Origin: a virus
Direction: 5' to 3' (one strand)
Length of the DNA stretch: 64,000 nucleotides
Virus record (IMG/VR): IMGVR_UViG_3300010151_000007
Location: 1 to 64,000 of that record
Part shown: positions 7,716 through 16,891 of the stretch, piece by piece
Numbering within the stretch: position 1 is the first letter of the stretch
Layout: every line of letters starts with the position of its first letter
Translations under genes and position numbers: made by a program
The notes under the pieces: generated by a model
What the model was told of the DNA's origin: nothing
The model's database searches: none
The model's input: only the letters and a program-made list of their open reading frames with translations

Positions 7716-10700
7716 ATGTTTGAAAACGATGATTATTTGAAGGAATGGGCAGAAACCGCCATCTTTGAGGCCACCGCAGCCAAGAAAAGGGGTGTTCAGT
7801 TACCTCAAGTTTTGGATCAAATCGAGGAATATATCAAGAATAACCCCGAAAATGAAACAAATCCGCGTGTTTTTATCCATTTTACTAACCTTCTGAAGCT
7901 CGGAACCAACCCGAGACAGAGTTATGACACCCCGATTGGTATTTTCTCTTATCCTTTGACAAGTGAAATCTTGGATGATTATCGCAATAAGTCTCTTCCT
8001 TTCATGGGCGATTCGCAATATGTGTTCATTTTCGCCCAGAAGCCTGATAAAAACATAATTCTTGACAACATTTCGGAACAGACGTTCAAAGAATATATAA
8101 TAGATGCGAAAAGATTGATAGTCAACCCTGAAGACCAAGACAAGCCGATTGGTCGTGTTGAACTTTCGAACCCACGACGCGGTTTTCCTTCGTCCGCCGG
8201 GACCGAAGGAACTTATTATGATTTCGGGGACGGCCCACCAAGGAAAACCGTCGAGGAAATCCTTGCACTTTCGGATGAAGAAATTTTCGATATTCTTGAA
8301 ATGCGCAGCGTCTCGCTTCAAAAGTCGTGGGATGCACTCGGGCGTGTTGAAGGTGGTGACCTTGTCAAGATAAAGATAATTGAGGCCATCTACAACGAAG
8401 GGGTAGATCCTTCGAGTGCCATGGTGAATTTAGTGGCGTCACTACTTTCAAACGAAGCTAAGGTGAAATGGAATTATTTGATGGGCATTGATCCAAAAAA
8501 TCTGCCCCCTAGATTATCTACAGAGATAATGCAGCGTTTTGAAAAGGCTATCGACGATATGAAAGAGTTTCACCCACCGGCCACTCTAACTTGGATAGAT
8601 TTTTATTCAGAACGCAAGGAGTATTGGAGTGACTGGGTTTCTGCTTTGATAGAAACCGCTCGAAAAATGAAGCCAACAGTTCTCGCGGCGTTTTCAGCTT
8701 CGCTGCCCACACTATTATTAGAAATACTAAAATTCATACTGGAAAATTCAATCGGGACCACTAAACACTATGAACGAGTGTGGCAAAAAAACTTTAATCC
8801 CCCTTTTTCTAACATCCTCGTCGATCCCCACGACGACGATGAAGATTTCGACGGCGACGATGTTCCATTTCAAGAGCATCTAGAAATAGACGAAGGCATG
8901 CGCGAAGGTGTTGGTATATCAATTGAAAATTACAGGGCGACGATCGCAAAGGGTATGAACGGCGCAAACATTCAAACACCACTGGGTAAGTTTTGGAACA
9001 TTACGCGACTGCTTGGGCACAAAGTCTCGGATATCAAAAGAACCAAATCCCCTTCCAACCGAAATCGTACACACATGCTTGCATGGGGTCAGATGCTAAG
9101 ACTCTTAGGTATTGATGGTGTTGTGGATATGGGGCAATCTCTAATCCACCCGAATGAACCGCATCAGGCCGTGTTCTTTGGCAAGCAAGCAATTCGCATT
9201 TTGGGGTCGTTCGAAAACCCCCATGCAAACAAAAACAAAAAAAAGAAGAAGGATAAAGAACTCATCAGTGTGCGAGTTGGGTATCCTATGGTTACCATGT
9301 ATGATTTCAATCAAGTGTTTCAAGCATCGAAGAGTAATGAAACTTGGGCTAAATTTCTGAAACAGGTCGGGGCGTTTGATGAATATTATAGCAGTGAAAA
9401 AGACTCTTTAGCTAATCAGCAACTTTGGGGGCTCGATGGCAACCACTTGAAACCTCTGAACGAAATGTTAAACTGGATTCAGTCTGAAGGTTCTCAATTG
9501 CCTTATTTCCTCAAAGGTTCCAAAAGGAAAATTATTGAAAGCTACAATTTCGCCGATCATATGGGGGCGAACTTAAGCTCTTGTCTACTTTTCTATATTT
9601 CGTTAGTCAATACAACCTTTCCGGGCGAACCAGAGAGTGTCGAAGATAAAATAAAACATCGTTTAAACGTGGTTAATAATTTCTTACTTAATCCGAGAAC
9701 ATATGCTGCTTTCACAAAATCATTTCTCAACCTATTTGCGGCACACCGTGAATACCAGACTGTAATTGCAGATTTTCAAGAAGCATCGTACAGATATGTT
9801 ACAGACACCCTGGCACGTTTTACAAAAAGCAAACATGGGCAGGCGATTGGAATCAAAGATCCAACCTTTGGGCCGGAGAATATCCAAAGAATAGGCGCTG
9901 CCTTGGAAGTTATGGATAATGATGAAGATTTCCTTTTCCCAGAAGAGGGTGAGGAATATAGGCAAATGGTCGCATACCAAAAAACTGTATTAAGGAAGAA
10001 TATCCCCCCTATGGGCAAACTTTTGTTCGAATTGGGCTCTGGAGATGAGAGTAGGCAAAAGAAAGCCCTTGAAAAAATCTTTCAGATGGCTAATACCCCT
10101 GGTAGCTCAACCGGAAGCACCCTTGCCTTCACTGGTCTTACTAAGTTGATGCAAGTATTATCGGCGGCATCGTTGGAGTCTCGCCGCAATGTTTTTAGCA
10201 GTGAATCAATCGAGTATCTCGGAAGAGAAACGATTATAGATATAATCAAGGGCATTCTTTATCTTTCAAAGAATTCTAAAGAAATCGCAAGAGACGAGCA
10301 GGGTATGTTTGACTTCTTCCAGGGACTCGAAATGAGATTGGGATTCCTTAATTATTCAAACTCTGACGGTTTGACGGTGAACATTTTCAGATTTCAGGAG
10401 ATGATGAGCGAATTATTTAAAGATGATTCAGAATCAGCTTCTTTGGTAGAACAGGAAAAAACCTCTTTCATTAAAATGAGTAAAAAACGGGTTTCAAGCA
10501 TGTCTGATGTGGAAGATGCAATGGACGCACTTCGGAAGAAAATAAAAGCACAAGAAGAGGTGCTCGCCCAGTCGGAAGATTCCGACGAATTGCCGAGTGA
10601 GAACGACAACAACGTCATCCTCGATAATCGATCGCGTCTTAAAATCTACAAAGCGAGTTTAGAATCCTATAACTTGACTCTCAAGCATCCGTTTTTCTTA

Positions 10701-12086
10701 TTTGATAATGACATCAATAAACGAATGAAGAAGTCGGAAGCATTCTTTCTTGTTTCGAACGAGCTTAACAAGATTCGAGAGAACCCTGACTACAATCCAG
10801 TTAGTGGTTTTTTAACCGAAGCTAAAATTGATACTGGCCAAGTCATGTTCCCAAATTTTGTATTAAGGGGAGTAAAGCCACCCGAACCGTCTTTATACAC
10901 TTCTGGAGAGATTGAAGATGGCGAAGTTGATATAAGCCGAGTGCGTAAAGATGCAAGCGATGTGGAACTAAAGAAATTTATCAGAGTTCAGAAGGAAAAA
11001 ATCAGACAACAGAGAATGGGACCACTCTTAAGACATAATCAAAAGATGGTGAGAATCGTAAAAGATTATGGGACAAAAATTCAAGCCTATAATTACAGAA
11101 CAGCCGGGGCAACAACACCAAAAATACCCTTCTTGAATTCTAAACTTGATTTAGTGAGTATAAAACTTTCTTTCAAAGTTCTGTTCAATGGGGCAGCAGA
11201 AGCTTTGGGGCTAGTAATCAATGATTGGGATAGTGATGATGTTGCCAGTTTCAAATTTCAGGTTCTAAGGGGACTTTTCCCCTTTATTCCCGACGACTTT
11301 GATGAAGAGCCCGAACTTCAAAAAAGACTTACAGGGTTTTCCAATCAAGTTTCGGCGGCCCGTTCACAAGTAATTTACAACAACCCGGATTTTTTCCTTA
11401 AGGAAGCAACAAGCTTATATCGTAATTTCTTCCTAAGCGAAAGTTGGGCGAAATCCTTGTATAACCCCCAGGCCGTTGAACCGACACTCCTCCCAGAACT
11501 TAGCAAAAGAATCCATAAGATTGGGGACACTTGGACTAACCCCCAATGGGTGTATGAATCACCTGAAGGTTTTAACTTATATCAAACATATATTTCTCTA
11601 TTCTGGGAAAAGATAGTTCCTAAAGTTGGTATCTTCGATGAAGGGTTTGAAGTGTTCCTTGAAGATTTCGAGTTTCACAATAACAAACAATATTTGGAGC
11701 TTTTAGCTAGCCCAAGCAGGGAAACTCTTGATTTATTGGGTGCTAGCTATAAGTGGGCACGGGGTCAATCACAGGCGGCGAATAGGGTATCAGCTTTGTC
11801 GACTTTGTGGCAAAAAAAGAAATCTTTTAAAGACGATCCTCTTATTAGAAGGGTCATGGAAGATCTTGTAAATCGTATGTTATATGGATGGCCTGGCTTG
11901 GAGAAATTTCGAAGTAAGATCATTAAAGAAGACAAGTTACGGAAAAATATTGGTAATGCTTTGAAACAACTAAGTCCAGAAAAATTAAAAACCTTGCACG
12001 AGTCCTTAGAACAGGTTAAGTTATCTCATGGGGATATAACTGTTCTCTTAAAAGAGGTACTGCTTGAGAAGCGACATTCTGAATGA
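7716..12086 (+). CDS. 1456-aa cargo protein with a split N-terminal ART-like domain
   Basis: Leader ends AIFE. FIHFT..KLGTNPRQSYDTPIGIFSYP and, ~300 aa later, GIDGVVD.G..LIHPNEPHQAVFF. Internal FLTE, LHE and LLE sites. Confidence 0.6.
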   Translation: MFENDDYLKEWAETAIFEATAAKKRGVQLPQVLDQIEEYIKNNPENETNPRVFIHFTNLLKLGTNPRQSYDTPIGIFSYPLTSEILDDYRNKSLPFMGDSQYVFIFAQKPDKNIILDNISEQTFKEYIIDAKRLIVNPEDQDKPIGRVELSNPRRGFPSSAGTEGTYYDFGDGPPRKTVEEILALSDEEIFDILEMRSVSLQKSWDALGRVEGGDLVKIKIIEAIYNEGVDPSSAMVNLVASLLSNEAKVKWNYLMGIDPKNLPPRLSTEIMQRFEKAIDDMKEFHPPATLTWIDFYSERKEYWSDWVSALIETARKMKPTVLAAFSASLPTLLLEILKFILENSIGTTKHYERVWQKNFNPPFSNILVDPHDDDEDFDGDDVPFQEHLEIDEGMREGVGISIENYRATIAKGMNGANIQTPLGKFWNITRLLGHKVSDIKRTKSPSNRNRTHMLAWGQMLRLLGIDGVVDMGQSLIHPNEPHQAVFFGKQAIRILGSFENPHANKNKKKKKDKELISVRVGYPMVTMYDFNQVFQASKSNETWAKFLKQVGAFDEYYSSEKDSLANQQLWGLDGNHLKPLNEMLNWIQSEGSQLPYFLKGSKRKIIESYNFADHMGANLSSCLLFYISLVNTTFPGEPESVEDKIKHRLNVVNNFLLNPRTYAAFTKSFLNLFAAHREYQTVIADFQEASYRYVTDTLARFTKSKHGQAIGIKDPTFGPENIQRIGAALEVMDNDEDFLFPEEGEEYRQMVAYQKTVLRKNIPPMGKLLFELGSGDESRQKKALEKIFQMANTPGSSTGSTLAFTGLTKLMQVLSAASLESRRNVFSSESIEYLGRETIIDIIKGILYLSKNSKEIARDEQGMFDFFQGLEMRLGFLNYSNSDGLTVNIFRFQEMMSELFKDDSESASLVEQEKTSFIKMSKKRVSSMSDVEDAMDALRKKIKAQEEVLAQSEDSDELPSENDNNVILDNRSRLKIYKASLESYNLTLKHPFFLFDNDINKRMKKSEAFFLVSNELNKIRENPDYNPVSGFLTEAKIDTGQVMFPNFVLRGVKPPEPSLYTSGEIEDGEVDISRVRKDASDVELKKFIRVQKEKIRQQRMGPLLRHNQKMVRIVKDYGTKIQAYNYRTAGATTPKIPFLNSKLDLVSIKLSFKVLFNGAAEALGLVINDWDSDDVASFKFQVLRGLFPFIPDDFDEEPELQKRLTGFSNQVSAARSQVIYNNPDFFLKEATSLYRNFFLSESWAKSLYNPQAVEPTLLPELSKRIHKIGDTWTNPQWVYESPEGFNLYQTYISLFWEKIVPKVGIFDEGFEVFLEDFEFHNNKQYLELLASPSRETLDLLGASYKWARGQSQAANRVSALSTLWQKKKSFKDDPLIRRVMEDLVNRMLYGWPGLEKFRSKIIKEDKLRKNIGNALKQLSPEKLKTLHESLEQVKLSHGDITVLLKEVLLEKRHSE

Positions 12087-12927
12087 ATTAGCTTTAGAGG
12101 TTTCGAACAACTTTGTTGATTCTTTGAACTCCGGTATCAAGGGTCATGTTGCAACTATTTTGGAGTATGCGGGGAAGTATCCGGGGCAGGAACTTGTGAT
12201 TACAAGGCTTCCACAATTTTTCAGCCATAAATCTTCATTGAACGAAGTTGAGCTAGCATTTGTCGTTTCTTATTCAGAACACAAGAAATTATTCAGTGTG
12301 GGTAATTCAAATTACTATGTGGAAGATTTGTGTGGCAAAATAAACACAGAGCTTATCCTTCATCTGCCCGTCTTCGTTCGTGAAGGGGTCGAGGAGGCGT
12401 CGATGCGCTCACGCTTATCGGCGGTCGTGGGAGAGCTTGCAACAGCCTTACGGCACGAACTAGAACACTCTAGACAGCACGAGAGGGTTTCGAGAACCCA
12501 GCAGATTACACTGGCGGAAGCGCACGCTCATTTGATGTCGGATTATGAGAGGTTTGATCCCGCTTCGGAAGATTTATACAACAGTTATTTGAAGTATTTC
12601 GCAAATGATGCGGAGCTTGGTGCTTATACTTCCCAATTCCGTTTTCAACACACCGTGCTGAATGAAGAGCTTGGGACCATTATAGAAAATTTCATATTTG
12701 AGAAGTCCAGCCTCTTGGTTACTGAATATAATGAAAGAGAAAATTCTGAAGGGGGGATTCGACATTCAATCACGAATTTCATTAAAACACGCCTTTTTGG
12801 GGTTAAACAAAAACGGTTAAAGAATTTTAAGCTAGCTTTAAGGGAGATTATCTACCTTCATTACAGTTCACGCTATTTCGATAGTTACGATTCCGCTGCT
12901 TTGGCCAAGTATCACGATATATTTTGA
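12064..12927 (+). CDS. Zincin-like metallopeptidase
   Basis: LRHELEH plus downstream ELGAY; TTG start. Confidence 0.65.
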   Translation: MRSDILNELALEVSNNFVDSLNSGIKGHVATILEYAGKYPGQELVITRLPQFFSHKSSLNEVELAFVVSYSEHKKLFSVGNSNYYVEDLCGKINTELILHLPVFVREGVEEASMRSRLSAVVGELATALRHELEHSRQHERVSRTQQITLAEAHAHLMSDYERFDPASEDLYNSYLKYFANDAELGAYTSQFRFQHTVLNEELGTIIENFIFEKSSLLVTEYNERENSEGGIRHSITNFIKTRLFGVKQKRLKNFKLALREIIYLHYSSRYFDSYDSAALAKYHDIF

Positions 12928-13011
12928 GAAGTTTGGACAGTTCTTTCAATTCTTTTTTAAGACCAAGAGATATATGTTCCCTCAATGGTAATTACTGTTG
13001 GGGGTTTTATT

Positions 13012-13374
13012 ATGCGCAAACTGATCTTTTTATTATTCTTCTTGACAGCATGTTTTCCAAAATTTGCTAATCTTGATGTGATTTCCAAAGTCGAACAAAT
13101 TGAATTTGAAAACACTTGGTGGGAACTAGATAACATATTGGCACCAGAAGGAGCTTGTATGAAGTTGTCGACATATGATTATATGTTGTATGTGATGGAT
13201 AGTGAACAGTCTTATCGACTGACGGAGTGGTACGGTACAGGTGGCGTGTATCACCTTCCAGAATACAAAATAGATCTTTTTGTTTACTTTGTTCCAGAAA
13301 CCGGTTATACTATTTTAGCAGAGCAAGGTATTTTGAAAACAACTTCAAGAACTTATGCATGTGAAATCGACTAA
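13012..13374 (+). CDS. Putative lipoprotein
   Basis: Signal peptide MRKLIFLLFFLTA-C with lipobox LTAC, from ATG 13012. Confidence 0.7.
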   Translation: MRKLIFLLFFLTACFPKFANLDVISKVEQIEFENTWWELDNILAPEGACMKLSTYDYMLYVMDSEQSYRLTEWYGTGGVYHLPEYKIDLFVYFVPETGYTILAEQGILKTTSRTYACEID

Positions 13375-13379
13375 TTATT

Positions 13380-13541
13380 ATGATGGGGAAATTAATAAAC
13401 AAGATTTTTTTCTATATAAACTCAATCCCCGATCGTCACGGAGAGTATATCTCGATATCTATCCTCTTGGGGTGGAATTTTTTTATCCTCTTTCTGGCTT
13501 GGTGTTGTGAGGAGAACAACTTATGGATTCAAAAATTCTAA
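13380..13541 (+). CDS. Small membrane protein (53 aa, below the track cutoff)
   Basis: MMGKLINKIFFYINSIPDRHGEYISISILLGWNFFILFLAWCCEENNLWIQKF*. Preceded by the ACTAATTA motif and fills the gap before 13523. Confidence 0.45.
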   Translation: MMGKLINKIFFYINSIPDRHGEYISISILLGWNFFILFLAWCCEENNLWIQKF

Positions 13542-15739
13542 AAGAATATACGAGAGTCAACGCTCAAGAGATGATGAGCAGTGAATCGGAATTTACGATT
13601 TCTTATGAAATTGAATTAGCTGCAAAAGAGCAGATGCGGCCCGAAAATGTAAAAGATTTGAAAGGCATTGAAAGTAGTCCCGAAGCCACAGCTAAAAAGG
13701 AAGCTTATTTCCTATCTCCGGAAGAGAAGAAATACCTTATTCTCAACTTATTTCGTATAGAACCAACAAAGTTGGCTGATTCAAAATACGTGGCTTCTAT
13801 GTTTTTTATGAGAGTCTTGCGAGACGAAATCTCTACAGAGGATATAAAAGAAACAATTTTAAACGTAGCACAAGATCTGACAGGTCGAGAATACGTTTCA
13901 GAATTCTTCAAAGCGTTCGAAATTGATGATACAAACACTATGGTTGAACTTGTTCAAGATTCTCTGGTTCATATCGGAAAGTTCCTGGATGAAGTCGCAA
14001 TTCAACCAAGAAACATCAAAGATCTATTAGAAAGCTTGAATTCAACGATCGCTAGAGGGGATACCGGCGACGAGGCGCGATGGGTTCTTGGTAAGCTAAA
14101 AAAACACTTGGCCATTGCTATTGCGGAAAGGGTCGGTCAGATAGAAGGCCGAACCGTATTCGCTTCAGGGGACGGTGACAACTACAACTACAAAAATGTT
14201 CAAGATCCGGTATTTATCGCTTACTTACAACATTTCCTACCAAATTTCATGAACAAATGGGAAGATAGACTAAAAATCGAAGTTGAATATAGCTTCCTGC
14301 GCGGTCAAGGCGTTGAATTTTCAATGAAGAAATACCTCAACGGTATTGATGAAGCTTTTGAATTTCTAGATGACTTGTATACAGAACTTGATGCACAGGA
14401 TTTCTTTTTTATGAAAGAAGACTTAACCGGACTGCACATCAATATTGGTACAACCGCAAAAAGACCATACAATCTAATGAAAGGTTTTCTTTATCTCGAC
14501 GAAGAGCAGAAGGGGGGTGGTTCGATGGCGAGGCGAGGACTATCTGACGCCAGAGTGTTCTCCAGGTGGGCTGGTACAGTAAAAGATGTTGCTTACTTGA
14601 AAATCCTTGAAACAATTGAAACCTTAATTGAAGAAGAGCCTGAATTTTGGTACCAAGGGATTATCCACGACCTTAAAAGGAGTCTCAAAAACCCAGAAGC
14701 GGGTTTAAGCAGTATCGAGAAGATTTTAAGTAATTGTATATTTAACGCCGCGCAAAATAAAGGCGCAAAAGATCTTGGTTTCAACGTATTATATACAAGA
14801 GGTCGAGACGGTGACTCCAACATAAGTTATGTTGAATTTAGATATCCAGGGGGTGTGGTTGATAGCAAAACGATGAAAGATTTGACCCTATATTACTGCT
14901 ACCTTGTTCTCCTCATGTCTGATCCGGACTTCAAAAAGAACGATTATCTTTCCAAGCTGGTTGGGTTCCTTAATAAAGTGTCCACACACCAAATGGAAGT
15001 TGTTGGTAAGAGGGCTAAACTTTTCAGGGCTGGAATGGGCTTCTATGTTGGAGGCTCCTTCAATCTTGATATCTTGATGATGAATACTCGCGATTTGGAG
15101 AAACGCAAGGTAGCATCATATGATATTCCGGTACCGATTAAAATACGTCATGTTTATTCATTAGTCGATATCATTTCTGTAAAAGATGAATATGGTGATG
15201 AAGAGTCTAGAAGCATAAGAAGAGCTATCGCCACAAAACCTTCACACATGATGGAGGAAACAGATTATGTCCCTGTTATGGTAAAGATTAAAGATGTCAA
15301 GCCAGAAGAAGATGAATATCTTGTCAGTTTCTTCTATGTTGATCAGAATTTAGAAGTCAAGGAATATGAAAGCTGGTTAGCCTCCTTTGAACTGTTAGAA
15401 TTCGTCTATATCAACCTCAATGATGAGATTTTCGAGGCCGATAGCTTAGTTGACGGCTACAAGCTTTCAAAGGACATAGCGAGAACATATGATGCATATG
15501 CGGAAGAAGTTCGCAAGGGTATCAAGTTCAGTTACGACATAGAGCAGGTCCAGAGCAATTATCGACAAGATCAAGATCTGAAAAACATAAAACAAAACAT
15601 AATTACTCTTGTCAAGGCAAGAGACAAGGGTACAATAAGCCAAGACCAACTACGTGCTGCCTTATTGAACATCAAGCAATCACAACCAGAGGCGGCACAA
15701 AAGTACAAAGCTTTGTTCGGCGCTCTATTAGGAAACTAA
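13523..15739 (+). CDS. Putative amidoligase (COOH-NH2 ligase type 2, glutamine-synthetase fold)
   Basis: SYEIEL, GVEFS, TGLHINIG, LGFN and YVEFRYPGG motifs. Confidence 0.78.
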   Translation: MDSKILKEYTRVNAQEMMSSESEFTISYEIELAAKEQMRPENVKDLKGIESSPEATAKKEAYFLSPEEKKYLILNLFRIEPTKLADSKYVASMFFMRVLRDEISTEDIKETILNVAQDLTGREYVSEFFKAFEIDDTNTMVELVQDSLVHIGKFLDEVAIQPRNIKDLLESLNSTIARGDTGDEARWVLGKLKKHLAIAIAERVGQIEGRTVFASGDGDNYNYKNVQDPVFIAYLQHFLPNFMNKWEDRLKIEVEYSFLRGQGVEFSMKKYLNGIDEAFEFLDDLYTELDAQDFFFMKEDLTGLHINIGTTAKRPYNLMKGFLYLDEEQKGGGSMARRGLSDARVFSRWAGTVKDVAYLKILETIETLIEEEPEFWYQGIIHDLKRSLKNPEAGLSSIEKILSNCIFNAAQNKGAKDLGFNVLYTRGRDGDSNISYVEFRYPGGVVDSKTMKDLTLYYCYLVLLMSDPDFKKNDYLSKLVGFLNKVSTHQMEVVGKRAKLFRAGMGFYVGGSFNLDILMMNTRDLEKRKVASYDIPVPIKIRHVYSLVDIISVKDEYGDEESRSIRRAIATKPSHMMEETDYVPVMVKIKDVKPEEDEYLVSFFYVDQNLEVKEYESWLASFELLEFVYINLNDEIFEADSLVDGYKLSKDIARTYDAYAEEVRKGIKFSYDIEQVQSNYRQDQDLKNIKQNIITLVKARDKGTISQDQLRAALLNIKQSQPEAAQKYKALFGALLGN

Positions 15740-15740
15740 A

Positions 15741-16091
15741 ATGAAAGAAATTATACTATTAGCACAGCCAAAGAATCCATACGCTGACTTGAGCAAGATG
15801 ATAACAGAAGTTATCCAAGAAATGAGAAGCGATGCGCCGTATTACGGTGACGAATTGAAGGATGATCAGAAGGTGGTGTATGAACGCTATAACACTTTTA
15901 TGGAGACCTTTCAGCAAACAGCAGAGAAGTTTCTCGAACAAGCCCAAATGGATTTTCAAGCTGGACATATCCAGTCAAACGACATTCAGATGCTCCTGAA
16001 TGATCAGCTAGAGAGATTACAAGATCAGGTTTCGTACATGATAGCGTCTTTGGAAGCCTATAATAAAAAAGAACATGGACATATCGACTAA
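15741..16091 (+). CDS. Hypothetical helical protein
   Basis: 116-aa ORF tightly packed in the operon. Confidence 0.7.
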   Translation: MKEIILLAQPKNPYADLSKMITEVIQEMRSDAPYYGDELKDDQKVVYERYNTFMETFQQTAEKFLEQAQMDFQAGHIQSNDIQMLLNDQLERLQDQVSYMIASLEAYNKKEHGHID

Positions 16092-16320
16092 AACTTTTTA
16101 TGATATGAATTTTTCCAACATTCTTCATGAGGTTGGGAATGCTGTTAAATGGAAACACAACATCGCAGCAAAAATTGAATATGGTGTTATTTGCAAAATA
16201 TACAACACATTTATAGGTGGCCGGATGATAAAGTACGCAAACGTCTTTTCCTTAAGTGAACAGAGAATTAAGAAAATAGCAGTATGGAAATTGGAGATAT
16301 TAACTAAAAATGAAATATAA
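16075..16320 (+). CDS. Small SH3-like hypothetical protein
   Basis: VGNAVKWK...YGVICK...ANVF pattern. Confidence 0.6.
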   Translation: MDISTKTFYDMNFSNILHEVGNAVKWKHNIAAKIEYGVICKIYNTFIGGRMIKYANVFSLSEQRIKKIAVWKLEILTKNEI

Positions 16321-16888
16321 CTTGACAAACGAGTCTCATATTGATACTAATGAAATCGAACCTATTCTGGATAAGTTCATTCCTTACGCCCAGCAGAAGA
16401 TGGGGTTCAATAGGCCCCCGAACCTTTTTCTGACTTCAGACGAGGCTAATGCGTTAGATCCGTTGGGTAAAACCGCATATTTCAACCCAGAAAATGATCA
16501 AATCGTCATTTATACAGACAATCGCCATATCAAAGATGTGTTGCGTTCTATTGGTCACGAATTAGTGCATTTTACACAACGTTGCAATGGGGAACTGGGT
16601 GATGCATCCGGTGCCGCCGAAGACGGCTATGCACAAAAAGACAGTCATTTAAGAGACATGGAAAAACAAGCTTATCAAACCGGTAATATGGTTTTTAGAG
16701 ATTTCGAAGATAACTACAAAAAACAAAGAGAGGGAGTTATGGAAGAAAGCAAAAAAGGTAAAACTCACGATCCCTATGAGCATGAAGGGTGGTATGAAGA
16801 CAAGAAAAAAGATAGAGCAAAAGAACTTTATGATTTGATGCTCAATAAATTTGGCTTAAAAACCAAGAAGAAAACCCTCAAGGATTAA
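16310..16888 (+). CDS. Zincin-like metallopeptidase
   Basis: LGKTAYF.P, DVLRSIGHELVH and EKQAY. Confidence 0.75.
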   Translation: MKYNLTNESHIDTNEIEPILDKFIPYAQQKMGFNRPPNLFLTSDEANALDPLGKTAYFNPENDQIVIYTDNRHIKDVLRSIGHELVHFTQRCNGELGDASGAAEDGYAQKDSHLRDMEKQAYQTGNMVFRDFEDNYKKQREGVMEESKKGKTHDPYEHEGWYEDKKKDRAKELYDLMLNKFGLKTKKKTLKD

Positions 16889-16891
16889 TAG

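Noticed and set aside
8100-8980. Intein within the 1456-aa protein
   Set aside because: No C/S...HN-C/S/T splice junctions or LAGLIDADG motifs were seen.
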